Below the pieces are notes generated by a model. The model was given only the letters and a program-made list of their open reading frames with translations, was not told where the DNA came from and made no database searches. The position numbers were made by a program, and so were the translations under genes. A DNA stretch of 54,798 nt from Gekko japonicus. Its lineage: Eukaryota. Where the stretch lies: NCBI RefSeq assembly GCF_001447785.1, contig NW_015167529.1:702413-757210 (forward strand), written 5' to 3'. Positions 12,294-24,600 of this stretch are shown piece after piece. The number at the start of each line of letters is the position of its first letter. The stretch's first letter is position 1.

Positions 12294-13756
12294 GTAAGTT
12301 TAAAAAATTATACATTTTGCACAGCATGGAACTCTCTGCATACATTAAGAGACTGTGGAAACAAGCCCAAGCAGGTCTTCTTGGAAGTAAATCCCATGTT
12401 AGTCAATGGACCTTTCTCCCAGGAAAATGTCTTTAGTATTATAGCTTGTGTTTGTAACGACCGTGTTCTGCAGTAATTTCAAAGACTGACAAAGAGCGCC
12501 CTCTTGAGAACTGTCCATGCACCTGATGTCTACTATGAAGGCACACTGGTTGTGTTTTGCATTTTGAAATTAATTGTTAAGGGACAAACTACAACTTACT
12601 TGATAAATCCATAATTAGATTCCCCCAATTTGCTTTTTTAAACATTGAAATGTAACTATGGGGGTACTTGCCATTTGATCAGAAGAAGGTAGCTAAAACT
12701 CCTTACTCACACATGTTATTTTCCAGATCTAGTTCCCCACTCATGCCCCTCCAAGGCTGGTCTTTGCATATTTAGTTTGTCCTCAAGACGATCTTGCAGT
12801 TTAGAATTTTAATTGATAGATATTCTGAGAAACCTTATCTTGGAGTTTGCGGCTCACCCCCGTAGGACACAATGCAGTTCACTGGATTGGATGCATAATT
12901 TTAAAAGTGCATTTATAGGTTTATGTAAAGAGATGGCAAAATGTAATGCAGTCCAGATAGCTTATTTAATCCACAGTGGTTGTAAGGCTGATGGAGTAAA
13001 TATGATCTCTGGAAACATTCTTCTCAATTGATTGTAAACACTGTATTGAAATAGCAACCCACTACTTTTCTGTGAACAGGTTTGAATAAAAGCATAACCT
13101 GGGCTTCCATGAACACTACACATTCACCCACCAGGCTTTATTTTTCCCCCACTGGCTGCTTGCATAGAATCTCCAGACTGAGGGTAGCAGCTAAGGGTGA
13201 GCTCACCTGTGCATGCCAACCACTCGTTACTCCAACAGTAAGAGGCAATTTAGATGTCCTACAATGGCCATCACTCCACAAAACAGATTTCGTGTCATCT
13301 TATTCCCAATGGATGAAGTTTACACATTTAACTAATAGTTGCTGTTAATGTGATAAATTGTCATATGGTGAGACTGCGTGCATATGTCTGCTTGTGTGCA
13401 CATACCCAGAGGGAAATATTTACAATTTTTCATGAACCTGTGCATGCTGCATGCTGATTTGTAGTGTAAACATCATACCTATGTTATCTTTCCATTGTGG
13501 AGATATCCTTGCATTGCCATAGCCTTGTGCAAATGTTCTTTGAGGTTTTTGGACAGAGAGATTATGACTACAGCAGCAGGTTGAAACACCTGCATAGAGG
13601 CCTACATGCATAGGCTACAGTTGCATAATCCATACATATGGGAATCTTGTTTATTTAGGCTTATTTAAGACTTCCTGAGCAACATGGTAGTGGTGATAGT
13701 GGAGGATATAGACTGCGATTATGGTAGTTATCCCCCTCCTCAGATCCTGTACCAAG

Positions 13757-14004
13757 AGAGGAAGAGGAGTAGGTTTTTATACCTCACTTTTCTGTACCTT
13801 AAGGAGTCTCAAAGTGGCTTACGATTGCCATTCTGTTCCCCTCCCCACAACAAGCACCTTGTGAGGTAGGTGGGACTAAGAGAGTTCTGAGATAACTGTG
13901 ACTGGCCCAAGGTCACCCATCAGACTTCATATGGAGGAGTGGGGAATCAAACTCAGTTCTCCATATTAGAGTTCACTGCTCTTAACCACTACACCACGCC
14001 AGCT
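13757..14004 (-). mobile_element. Squam3-like tRNA-derived SINE in F3 intron 3
   Basis: Antisense tRNA head (CTTAACCACTACACCAC), GTGACTGGCCCAAGGTCACCCA core, and CCCCACAACA..CTTGTGAGGTAGG 3' region. Confidence 0.75.
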
Positions 14005-14055
14005 GCAAAAATGCTGTCTGTACAGGTGCCTCATTGTATGTGCTTATAACACTAA

Positions 14056-14131
14056 CAGTACAATCCTAAGGAGAGATACAGTACATTGATTTGAATGGGT
14101 TTAGAAGGGGTAACAGTTTAGGATTGTACTG
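14056..14131. repeat. Small MITE-like foldback with perfect 14-bp inverted ends
   Basis: CAGTACAATCCTAA ... TTAGGATTGTACTG; related degenerate copies near 10457-10525 and 42180-42239. Confidence 0.65.
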
Positions 14132-14295
14132 CAAGTCTCATGATCCGACTCTGAGTACTGGCTAAATCCATCCAACTGTACCTTTGATAAAGTAATTTAA
14201 ATCCCAGTACTGAAAAATTAACATGTCTTGGTAACGCGTTAGGAATTAATTTTGTGCCTTTCTCATATATAATTAAGAAAATGTGTCTCTTCTAG

Positions 14296-14477
14296 CTCTG
14301 ATTGGAAGGCCAGCTGTCAAACATTTTGAACAAAAACATGATATTTTGAAAGTGGTGATAGAAGATCCATTAACACCCTACAGGTTTCAAAATTCCAGCT
14401 TTAAAAGCATAAGGGATATATTCACAGATGACCTGGAATATACACTATACTACTGGAAAGACAAAAGTACAGGAAGG
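14296..14477 (+). CDS. F3: Tissue factor exon 4 (LIGRPAVKHFEQ...SIRDIFTDDLEYTLYYWKDKSTGR)
   Basis: Matches the TF motifs S.RD.F..DL.YTLYYWK; CTAG acceptor and GTGAGT donor; phase 0. Confidence 0.97.
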
Positions 14478-14634
14478 GTGAGTTTTTAAGATCTTCTTTT
14501 GTCTCCTTCTTTAGTAATCTTTCGGGCTTTAAGTTCATTTGTACTGTGAATTTCCACAATTTGTAATAAGTGTTAAAAGCTTGAATTGTTGCAGATGTAA
14601 CTTCAAGGAAACTTTTTTTGTTGCATACTTGTAG

Positions 14635-14794
14635 AAAGAAACAAAGACAAGAAGCAATGAGTTTAAAGTCAACGTTGACAAAGGGAAGAATTACTGCTTC
14701 TATGTACAGGCTACTATTTTGTCACGAACAGAGAACCGTAAAAGTGAAAAAAGCTTTGACAGATGTACCAAAATAGACAAGGACTCATTGGATG
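14635..14794 (+). CDS. F3: Tissue factor exon 5 ([53 protein letters not shown])
   Basis: VDKG.NYCF.VQA motif; both Cys of the allosteric disulfide present; 160 nt; AG/GT boundaries. Confidence 0.97.
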
Positions 14795-15416
14795 GTATGT
14801 ACTGGATAATGCAATAAGCTTTGCCATTGGTGCATAAACTTTTTCTGCTTCAAAATCTTATGGTTGAATTTCAGTCCATAACACCTCCTAGTGTAACTGA
14901 TGTGCAAATTGAACTGTGAGTGCACTAATTTTTTGCCATTTTCCAAGCTGTGAAATTATATATGGGTGCATATAGTCAGGCACCAATTTTCTTTTCCAAA
15001 ATGATAGTCTTTGACAAACTCTCTCCCCTATTATGAGAATAATCCCTACTTCAGTACTATGAAAATATTTTATTTTACGTTACCTAACAATCCTAAATAC
15101 ATCTTCCGAAATATCACATTCTTAGGAGGGGGCTTTACCATTCTGAGCTGGTTGTTGGGAGAGCGGGCTATAAATTAAATTAATAATAATAATTCAGAAT
15201 ACAAAGTGAGGTATGAATTATTTAGAAACTCACCTTTGTAAAAAGGGGGGAAAACCCCTCTCTGAACATAGATTCATCAGAAAGAATGCTGAATTAGAGT
15301 CCTTCTTGCTGATATGCTAATTTTGACAAGCACAATTTGATTTTAACCCCCACTTATTCCTGAAGGGGAACAGTCTTAAATGGCTTGATTGCATAATAGT
15401 TCTAGAATGCGTAATC

Positions 15417-16059
15417 CAGGGGTGGCCAAACTTGCTTAACATAAGAGCCACATGGAATAAACGTCAGAAGTTTGAGAGCCGCAAGACATGAACAAATATT
15501 GCAGACACGTGTGTTTTTTTAAATATATATGCAAATTTGCTTTTTATTAACATTAAATGAGACTGCCAAAAATAAACTCAAAGGGAGTAAAAAAGATATT
15601 GATAATATATTTATTTGTCCAATGGTATTTAATTGTTTGCTAATGATATTTGTCTATGAGGTAGAAAGAAAGTAAATGGATGGGGGAAGGGAGGATGGAA
15701 GGGGAAAAGAGAGAGCGAGGTGGAAAGAAAGCAATTAAATGGGGAGGGGGAGAGGTGGAAAGAAAACAACTTCAATTGTAAATGTCTTCTCCAACCCCCC
15801 CATGCCTCCACACCAGCTGGCTTCACTTGGAGAAGGGATTTCAAGGGATGTGTGTGCTTTGAGAATGCATTTAAAGTTGCTTTCTTTCTCTGCTCCCTCC
15901 ACCTCAGGCTTACCCAGGGAGGGGAACACTGGCTGGAGAAAGGAAGACCAACCAGGGAGGCATGCCTCCCCTTTGCTTCCCCAGCCACCCTTCCAGGAGC
16001 CACACAATATGTGTGAAAGAGCCGCATGTGGCTCCCGAGCCACAGTTTGGCCACCCCTG
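15417..16059. mobile_element. hAT-type MITE in F3 intron 5
   Basis: Perfect 16-bp TIR CAGGGGTGGCCAAACT and perfect 8-bp TSD GCGTAATC (15409-15416 and 16060-16067). Confidence 0.92.
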
Positions 16060-16719
16060 GCGTAATCTGTCTCTAACAGTTTACAATTCAACACATTTAC
16101 AGCAATGGAGGGGGGGGGAAGTATGTAAAAATGTACATGGTGGTTTTAGAAGATACATCACATTTAACTGAGTGATTCCTTATTCCAGAGGGGATTAAGG
16201 ACCAATATAGATGTAGCAGGAGGAACAACACCACTTTCTGTTCATGTGCCTACCCCATTCCGGTATAAATTGAAGGTGGAGGGTCTACTGTTTACAGCAA
16301 AAGGGTTCCATCAAAGGAAGATGACTTTTCCTCTTCCTCCCTACCTCAGTGTGCTCCATCACTCTTCTCCCCAGCTCTTCACATATTCTGTCAGTGCCAG
16401 GCTGGGAGGAAAAGTGGCTGAAGGAACAGAGAGTAGAAAGTAAAACACAAGAGTTCAGCTTGCCATAAAGTCCACTCTTGCATTACTTATATGTGAACAG
16501 TGTAGTCCTGTGAATACCCTAGCAAGGCAAGCCTCCTTGCTTTGATAGTTTGGTTCTAAACCTGTGGGGAGAATTATTCAACATGTTTCAGAATTAGAAT
16601 CCAGATTAATTTTGGAGAAGATGGGGAGAGAAGGCTATCATAGAATAGCCAAGAGCAGTTATATGGGGAAAAACCTGTGACCTCTAAATGTATTTTCATT
16701 TCTTTTCTTTCTCTGACAG

Positions 16720-16865
16720 ATTTTGAACCAGAAGGAATTATTGCAATAGGAGCTGCAGCGGTTGGCATCTTCATATTATTTATTATTTCATGTGTGGTTG
16801 CTTATAAATGCAAAAAGTTAAAAGCTGCTGCAAAGGAAAAAGAGAATGCTCCACTGAATGCATAA
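16720..16865 (+). CDS. F3: Tissue factor exon 6 coding part (TM helix and cytoplasmic tail ...YKCKKLKAAAKEKENAPLNA*)
   Basis: Polypyrimidine tract and CAG acceptor, hydrophobic TM segment, KC..KEN.PLN tail, TAA stop. Total CDS 870 nt = 289 aa. Confidence 0.96.
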
Positions 16866-17351
16866 GGCAAAAAAACCCCACAAGACTGTTAATGCTGAAT
16901 AATGTTGTAAGGACACCTCCTATGTTTGTGGGAGCACTAGTCTTAAATCAAGGAACATTTGCTGTTTCTGTGAAACAGTGTTGGTACATTTGACACTACG
17001 TTTTGTTTTGACAACGTCAACAATGAGAACTGATAACATGTTAGCTGACAAATACACTGAAAATACTACTGTTTTTTTCTGCACTTTTGGGAAATGTTTG
17101 GGTCAAATGATCTGGGTACACTACTTGGTACGGGTTTTACAACCTCAGAGATGTCTTTCAAGGAATAATGGTGCAAGTCAATATGAAAAATCACCAGTTC
17201 TGGTTACCTATAGTCAACTTCTAGGCTAGAAATTCTCTACTTTCAAACTGACTTCTGGAATCTTTTTCAAAATTGGTAACTTGTGTTATTGGCAGCCACC
17301 TTGAATTAACAGGTACGAGTCCTATACATATTTATTATGTACCAGGATTTA

Positions 17352-17359
17352 GCACTTTA
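17352..17359 (+). promoter_or_regulatory. miR-17/20/93/106 8-mer seed match in the F3 3' UTR
   Basis: GCACTTTA; a second GCACTTT occurs at 17081-17087. Confidence 0.5.
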
Positions 17360-17425
17360 AATATGCACTAACTGCTGGACAGAGAGAGATTCCTAACCTC
17401 TAAAGGGGCATATGGCTGTATAAAT

Positions 17426-17628
17426 TAGGGTTGCCAGCTCTAGATTGGGAAACACCTAGAAATTTGGGGGCAGAGCCTGAGGAGAGCAGGGTTTGGGGAC
17501 GGAGGAAGGTAGAATGCTATAGAGTCCACCTTCCAAAGTGGCTATTTTCTCCAGGTGAACTGATCTGTCACCTGGAGATCAGTTGTACTAGCAGATCTCC
17601 AGCCATGACCTGGAGATTGGCAACCCTA
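17426..17628. mobile_element. TAGGGTTGCC-family hAT MITE inside the F3 3' UTR
   Basis: TAGGGTTGCCA ... TGGCAACCCTA termini; interior is the reverse complement of the 1047-1272 copy; no clear TSD. Confidence 0.8.
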
Positions 17629-17767
17629 GAATTGCATCCTTGTGACTGAGGTTTCTTATGTTACTGTAATCAATGTTAATATATTTATGATTTTTACATA
17701 TAGGTGTATAATTTTATATTATATTTATATATATTGGTAGTAACTTATTTCATATACATTTTGCAGA

Positions 17768-17773
17768 AATAAA
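17768..17773 (+). terminator. F3: F3 polyadenylation signal
   Basis: AATAAA after an AU-rich stretch (ATTTA motifs at ~17683 and ~17723) and before a GT/T-rich downstream element. Confidence 0.7.
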
Positions 17774-20548
17774 GGTGAAGGAGAATAATAGCTGATTCTT
17801 AATTTAAGTTTGTCTTTGTTTGCAATGAATATTTCTATATGTGCCTAAAATGTACTAGGCTATTAAACTCTCACCTATGCCCATGGGCACCATGTACTCA
17901 CTGATGTGTTTCCTGGGGGCTACTTGCATCTTCCCCAAAGCAAAGTGTCAATCCTGGCTTTCCTCTACTTCATTGGAGTAGGAGTTGCTTTGGAAGAGCC
18001 TAGGCGGTGTTGGCCCTTTGAAAGCAGCTGCCTCCATCATAAGCAGATGCTTGGCTTGGAATCTCATAACATTTTTGTGATTGGTTTTACCCCTGCCCTA
18101 TCCCTGAAGGCAGCCATTTTGTTGTGGCCCTCACCACCTGTCCTCAGCATTCCAAGAGCGTCAACAACCTTGTACTAGGCACTGGCCACCTGAAAACCCA
18201 ACAAGGACAAGATCCTGACTGCAGGCTTAAGATCTTGAGAAATAAATCAGGAACTGAAGAAGAATGTTGTTTTCTTATTTCACCTTCAGGAACCAGAATA
18301 AAGTACACAGCTGTGATTCGCTTAACAGCTGGATCTTTTACCATTCTTTTCCTTTCATTCCTGATTAAGCTTGTTCTGCCTTTCTACTGGGACAGTTTCA
18401 GCTGTCAAGGGATTTTAAAAACATGCTGACTAGCTCAGAAGCAATTTGAAGATAACAAAAAAAGTCTCGACCCAGTCTTTGTAAAGGCAACAAACTAAAT
18501 TCATTGCAATGTTACAGTGGCAAGCTATAAATATTTGACAAGTTATTTCTAGAACCAAATAACACAAAGTGGAATAGCTCTACCTACTACTTTTACAGAT
18601 TTGCATAAATATTTGCAAGTATCAAGCATATTTACATAAGACTAATAGAATGTCATATTCTTATTGAAAGAAATGGTGTATCAAGAATACACTTTACAGC
18701 TGTTGACAACCAACATTCACAGTGGCATGAGACATTCTGGCAGTGAGTAGACTTCACAGGTCTACAACTCCCTGGAATTTGCCTCTATTGATACAGAGGG
18801 TATTACAGTATTTTTTCTTAGGCATTATGTATTCTAGCCTTAATAAAGTGGCAGCTAGGACAACACATTCAGGTAATACCCATTATTTCACATGGGGTGT
18901 GTGATTATATGTGTATTTAAAAAAGCAAACTTTATCATTGTTCTTCCTAGCAATATTGATAGACCACCACCCTTGTTTAGGGACAGTAGTGGTTCACTAG
19001 CACATTTCTAGCACAGCAATCTCTGCTTTAGATTAGACAGCCTGCAGCTAAAAGGCATGTAATGAAAAGAATGTGATTATGGGCTTAACTTGGAACACTG
19101 TGCATGGGACCATTTAGGACAAAGAGCTTATGGCATTGCAGAGGTGATGAAAAAAAAAAGTACTAGAGTAGCAGGCTAGTGCATTTCTTTCCCTCTGATA
19201 TTCCCCTCCCTTGCCTGTCAGATAATGAAATGCTGCCCAATTTGGACACAAGGAACTTGTATTAAAATCTACTAGGCAAAGCAGTTCATAGCAAATCAAA
19301 TTTGGTAGGAGGCTCAGCCTTCATAGACACCCCCCTCCGTCCAGTGATTTATTTATTGAGCATATTTTTATGCCACACTTCCTCCAAGGAGCTTAGGGCA
19401 GTATTCAAAACTTCATTTTTTGTCACAACAACCCTGTGAGGTATGTCAGGCTGAAAGATGGAATAAAGTTTTGCTAGTCTTTTAAGGTCCCACAAGCCTC
19501 CTATTTATCCTTTCTTCATGGAGCAGTTGAATTAGCCTCATGGTTGTACCAAAGAATACCTATAAGAAAAGATATATTCATGTAAGGTTTAACCTTTTTG
19601 CATATAACCAAAAGGCTTGTGAAACTGCACAGGTGAAGAGGCCAAGCAGGACTCCATTGCTTTCCCCTCCTGCCTCACTGTGGTCCGTGTCCCTCTAGCA
19701 TGTTTGCTCTTCTTGCTCATTTAGCTCCTCCCTTCCAAAGACATAGTGGTAACTCTCAAGTCTGGGTTCTAAAGCTGTTTTCATTTTTTTACAAAGCAGT
19801 GATGGGGTATACCAATAGTTCCCTGTGTGTTGGCTTAAAGAAGGGAATAAGTTGTGATGCACTGAACTCCTGATGTTCCTCCAAATCAGTTTCGGAATTT
19901 GAGGGCAATGCATTTCCAATGCTTTATACTCTAGCCTATCCAAGGGAGGGTTCCAGTAAAAGGAAGATCATCCAGTTTTTATACTTGCTAGCTCCTTGGA
20001 TGAAGGGGTGGGGCATCAGAAATACATTACTTCTCTCTGGAACATTCTTAGCTTGTTTTTTCTCCAAGGGTGTCAGGAAAGTGTACATAGTTCTTTTTGC
20101 CAGCCCCCATTCTGTCCTCCCTATGAAAGGATTGTGCCTGACCAACATGCCTGACAGCTCAGAGAAGACACAAAGAAGGAATGCTGGGAAGTAGCTATTA
20201 TACATATTCTTCTGTGAGTTCCACTTCCTATTGTAAGAAGTTCCACGGGCAGAGCTTACTTTTGGAGACCAGAGCCTGTGTGAAATCAACATTGACAGAA
20301 AATGTGACTTCACACTGGTTTTTGGGGTGTGTGGCCCCGCTCACGCTTTTTTTTCTTTCTGTTTTAGCCGTAGATAAATTTCAATATGTCAAATTTCTAC
20401 AAAATCCATGCCCATGATGTAAGCCTCATGGGCCAAACTTTGTTGATTAGGCATGGAATGATTGACCTGTATACCTCAGTACCAACACTGTTACACTTGG
20501 TTCACCTACAAAGAAAGTGTATAATTTCATTAACCATAGCCCTAAATG

Positions 20549-20960
20549 CAGGGGTCGTTTTGTAGAAAAAGAGCTAGGGGAATTCATTAGCATATGCCAC
20601 ACCCCCTGACATCACCGGAAGTGTGTCATAAGGCCACACACCCCGCCTCCAACGGTCTCAGCCGCCGGCGCCAGCCTTGCAGCTCCACTGCCGAGCCCCA
20701 TGAGGGGCCCGGCGGTGGACCTGCAAGGCCAGCGGGAGTGCAAGGAAGCCCCGTGAAGGCCCTCTCTGGCCCCAGGCAGGCAGGGGTGGGGAGAGGCAGG
20801 GAGGAAGCAACTTACCCTCCCTCTTCTCCTGCCTCCTCCTGGCTGAATGAGGGCCGGAAGCGGGGCGTCCGGAAGCAGGGGGCGGGGCTTTGTCATGTGC
20901 CCCCCCATACCTCACCCGGGGGAACTGCGATCCCCCGCGTTCCCCCCGAAATGACCTCTG
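20549..20960 (+). mobile_element. CAGGGGTC-family hAT MITE (412 bp), intergenic
   Basis: Imperfect TIRs CAGGGGTCGTTTTG / CGAAATGACCTCTG; perfect 8-bp TSD CCTAAATG. Confidence 0.9.
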
Positions 20961-21416
20961 CCTAAATGAGTTAAATAAAGCTGTCACTAAATAATTATGA
21001 GTACATACTAATTTACAGCTAACAGGCTCATCTTGCATTCTCTCAACTACATCACTAACATGAAAATTGGACTAAATATTTTATTTTCATCCCTCTGGAG
21101 TACACACTTCTGAAGTCACTCAAACTATAGCACATTCTTACCCCCTCTCCCCCTTAGTGAATGTACAGGGAAGCTTGCCCTCACTCATTTACTGATATGA
21201 AATGGGAATTCTACAAGCAACATCTCTGGTGGGAAATGGCCACCTACCTAAACCTTCACCAAATCCAAAGGACTTTTGAACAGCTACAATGCAGAATAAG
21301 TAACTAGAAGGAATAGAGGTTAATTATTGGAACTGGAAGACAGGTCAGAGAATAAATAGTGTCTTGGCTGATGCCTTAGATGGAAAGTGCACCGAAGTCT
21401 GTTAGGGGGTTGTGGG

Positions 21417-21600
21417 CAGTGTTCCCTCTAAGCTGAGTGTGAGCTAGCTCACAATGTTTTAGCCTCCGGCTCACACATTTTTGTCTTAGCTCAGGAAGGA
21501 GGGCTCCAGAGCAGATTAATTTATGCAGCAGCCAAATTGCTCGCTCACAACTTTAATGCCAGTAGCTCACAAAGTGGAATTTTGCTTAGAAGGAGCATCG
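21417..21600. mobile_element. hAT-type MITE (184 bp)
   Basis: TIR CAGTGTTCCCTCTAAGC / GCTTAGAAGGAGCATCG; perfect 8-bp TSD GTTGTGGG. Confidence 0.88.
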
Positions 21601-24600
21601 GTTGTGGGTATCTAATAGAATTTTAAAAAATGTTTTAAAAAATTATTCTAATCTGGTAATTTTTGGCTTACTTCTGCCATCTGCTAAAGATCCACAGTTC
21701 CAGTCTGATAAATTTTTAAAATCCAGGGTATGCTTAAGACTGGCCCTCCCCAGCTGTTTTTAAATCTCCTATTATGGTAAAAAGAGGAAAGGGGACTGTA
21801 ATTCATAGGTAGCTTTTATGTGCCAATGCAACATGAAGAGCATAATTCAGCAAGGCTCTGCTAGAGTGCTTACATCACTGAAAAGCAATTCAGCTAAATC
21901 CTTCCAAGAACATAGCAAATAGGTCTGCATCACTGGCTGACTGGTACATGGAGCAGAAGAATGTATCAAAGGCACTTGAAAGTTGCTCACTCTTTCCAGT
22001 GATATGATGCCATGGAGTACACAAATATGCAAGCTGATTTTAAAGACTGGAATTTCAGTAGTGTGGGGAAGGAAAACCCCATTAAAAGGGGGGGGGGAAA
22101 GAATCATACCTAGAAACCACAAGGATTCAGGTAGGTACAATGCCATAAATGAATCAATTGGAAAGTCATCCATATCTGGTGCTTATGTCCAAACATTCAA
22201 CTATTTTAGACAAGAATACATTGAATCATAGGGAAAACTGATCCTAGTGTACCTCTCTTAGAATATTTTAGTAAATTATAAAAGAAAAGAATCTGATAAG
22301 GTGTTTGTTAACAGCAGCACAAATCTGGAAGCATGAGAAATTACCAAGTATGGAGGAATGGCTTCATAAAATATTCTGCTTATCATAAAATAAAAAAGGC
22401 ACATGCAGGAAGCCATCCCAAGAGATCGATACCTCCCCAACTGTTTAATCTAATAATTTTAAGGGCCACTTATAAACCTTCCCAAAATGATCATTTTAGC
22501 CATGCCATTCATTTACAAGTTGAACTTGTCCTGAGACCCTTGTACACATCATAAGCTCACTTGCTGTATCCACTGAGGCTCCCTGTAACAGAACGTTCAG
22601 TGCATGTTCACGCCATCATTGACCAAAACTTTTCATACACAGCGGGACAGTAGGATATCACTTGCAGTGTGTATCTTTCTCTGTGCCCCAACCCGATCCC
22701 CCAATCCTGCTTCACCTCTCCCTTTTTAGGAATAGATGGTAAACCAAAATTTGGGTGAGGGACAAAATAGGCTCTGGAGCAGGCCCATTGGTCAGCATAA
22801 CTGTTTTGTAGCCACCCACTGTTGTTTTCATAGCAGACTGGTTCAAATATAGTCACATAGACATTTAAAAATTCAACAAATGAAAGATTCCAACTCCTCC
22901 AAAACCTGCACAGTTACTTTGCTAGAACTTAAGATAATTTTAACTCAAACAAAAGTAGTCTGTACTGTAACGTTATATTTATCCACCTTTTGACAGAAGA
23001 TCTCTAGAGAGACTGTTAACTTGTGTCCGATATGCTAGTCTGTCATTTTCTCTTTGGAGTCGCCTTCTTCAGAAGGAGACCTTGATTGCTCCCAACATTT
23101 GTTGTAAGTTTGCCCTGCCTGGAGAGTTTGAAACACATGCCATTTAAAGGGGGAGAAAAACTACTAGAAAGGTGTTTATCTCAGATTTATTATTCCAGAG
23201 GCACTTGTATAGAAAAATCTTACATTTATATTGCGCCTTTCCTCCCAAAAGCAATTTAAAGTACAGCACTTACTTCCCCACTATTGAAATGGCAGCCATT
23301 GCAACTGTTAAACACCTTCAGGCTGAAGTTTGATATGAGACACAGCGATTCTTCACTCTCACCACCTTTCCCACCACCCATGATTTCCAGTTTAAGCAAC
23401 CAGGAAAATAGCAACCAATGTACAAGACCACAACAGAAATTCATAGCTGAACCACTTTTTTTAAAAAAATCACTCTGCATCACCTTTGCAAAATTTCATC
23501 ATGAAACAGCATGATCTTAAACACTCCTCCCCTTAAGCACGGCTCAGATTTGGTCTTCGCGTCCTGACTGCCTCACAAGGTCAGTCAATTCTGGTGCACT
23601 CACAATAAAATATGGATGTTGCAATTAGAGATGTTACAAATTGCCTGGCCTCAGGGCACTCAGTGTGTCTCAATTCACTGCCAAATGCTGAAGTCCATGA
23701 CCCAGTCTTTTCTCTCAGTGACTTCTGAAGTGGATCCTGCACGGTTTTAACAGGTTAAATGAACACCATTTGCATTCAGTATTATCACAAGGTCTTGAAC
23801 TGCAACAATACTGGGGGCCTTTCCCAAAAAATGCTACAGAAATAACGGACGTTTTCTGCTAGTTATTGACAAAGATACAACATTCTTTTAAAAAAGCCTC
23901 AGGTCTACTACCACAATTTTATTGGGGGGGGGAGAATTACAAATATTTAAAAAGCAGCGTTTTCCCACTCTAAAAAATTATAGCTGTTCCTTAAAAACAT
24001 TTATATTTGAGAGAGCCACTGTAGGACCATTAACATCAGAGACAAAGGTTATATGAAAAAGGAACTCATCCCCAGAATCAAAAGAACCTGTTGTGAGCCA
24101 CATTTACCTCTGAAATTAGATGAGCATTTGAGATGAAACCGTGCCAGCCAATTTGCTCATGGTGCTACTTTGTGATATGGCTTTGATGTGTCATCCCACT
24201 ATAAGCATGCTTAGACTGGCACAAAATTTCCCCAAACCCACCTGTTAAATTAGTTCAAAACAAAAACAAGTTTTACAGGAATGAAAAAAGTGATGTACAG
24301 ATGAAATCAGTTCAAAGGTAAGTCATTTTTAAATTTTACTCTTAATTCTCCTGTTGCAGCTCACCACTGGTTATATTGTACAAAGCACGTAAAAAAATGA
24401 ATGGCATTCATAATGGTGGACTGAAGCACTGTTTTGGAAGCAGTAGATGGGAGGACCCCCACTAGTAGCTGTTTCAAGTTTACAAAATTTTAAAATAGAA
24501 CAAACTTAGAATGAAAGGGGAAGGTATTAAAAATGACAAATCACTGGATGTGAATACTTGTTTCACAAGGGGAAAAATGGACAGCAAACGTATTTATTTA

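Noticed and set aside
23918-24598. Candidate ABCD3 polyA signals (minus-strand AATAAA at 24593-24598 and 23918-23923)
   Set aside because: Cannot choose between them without transcript data
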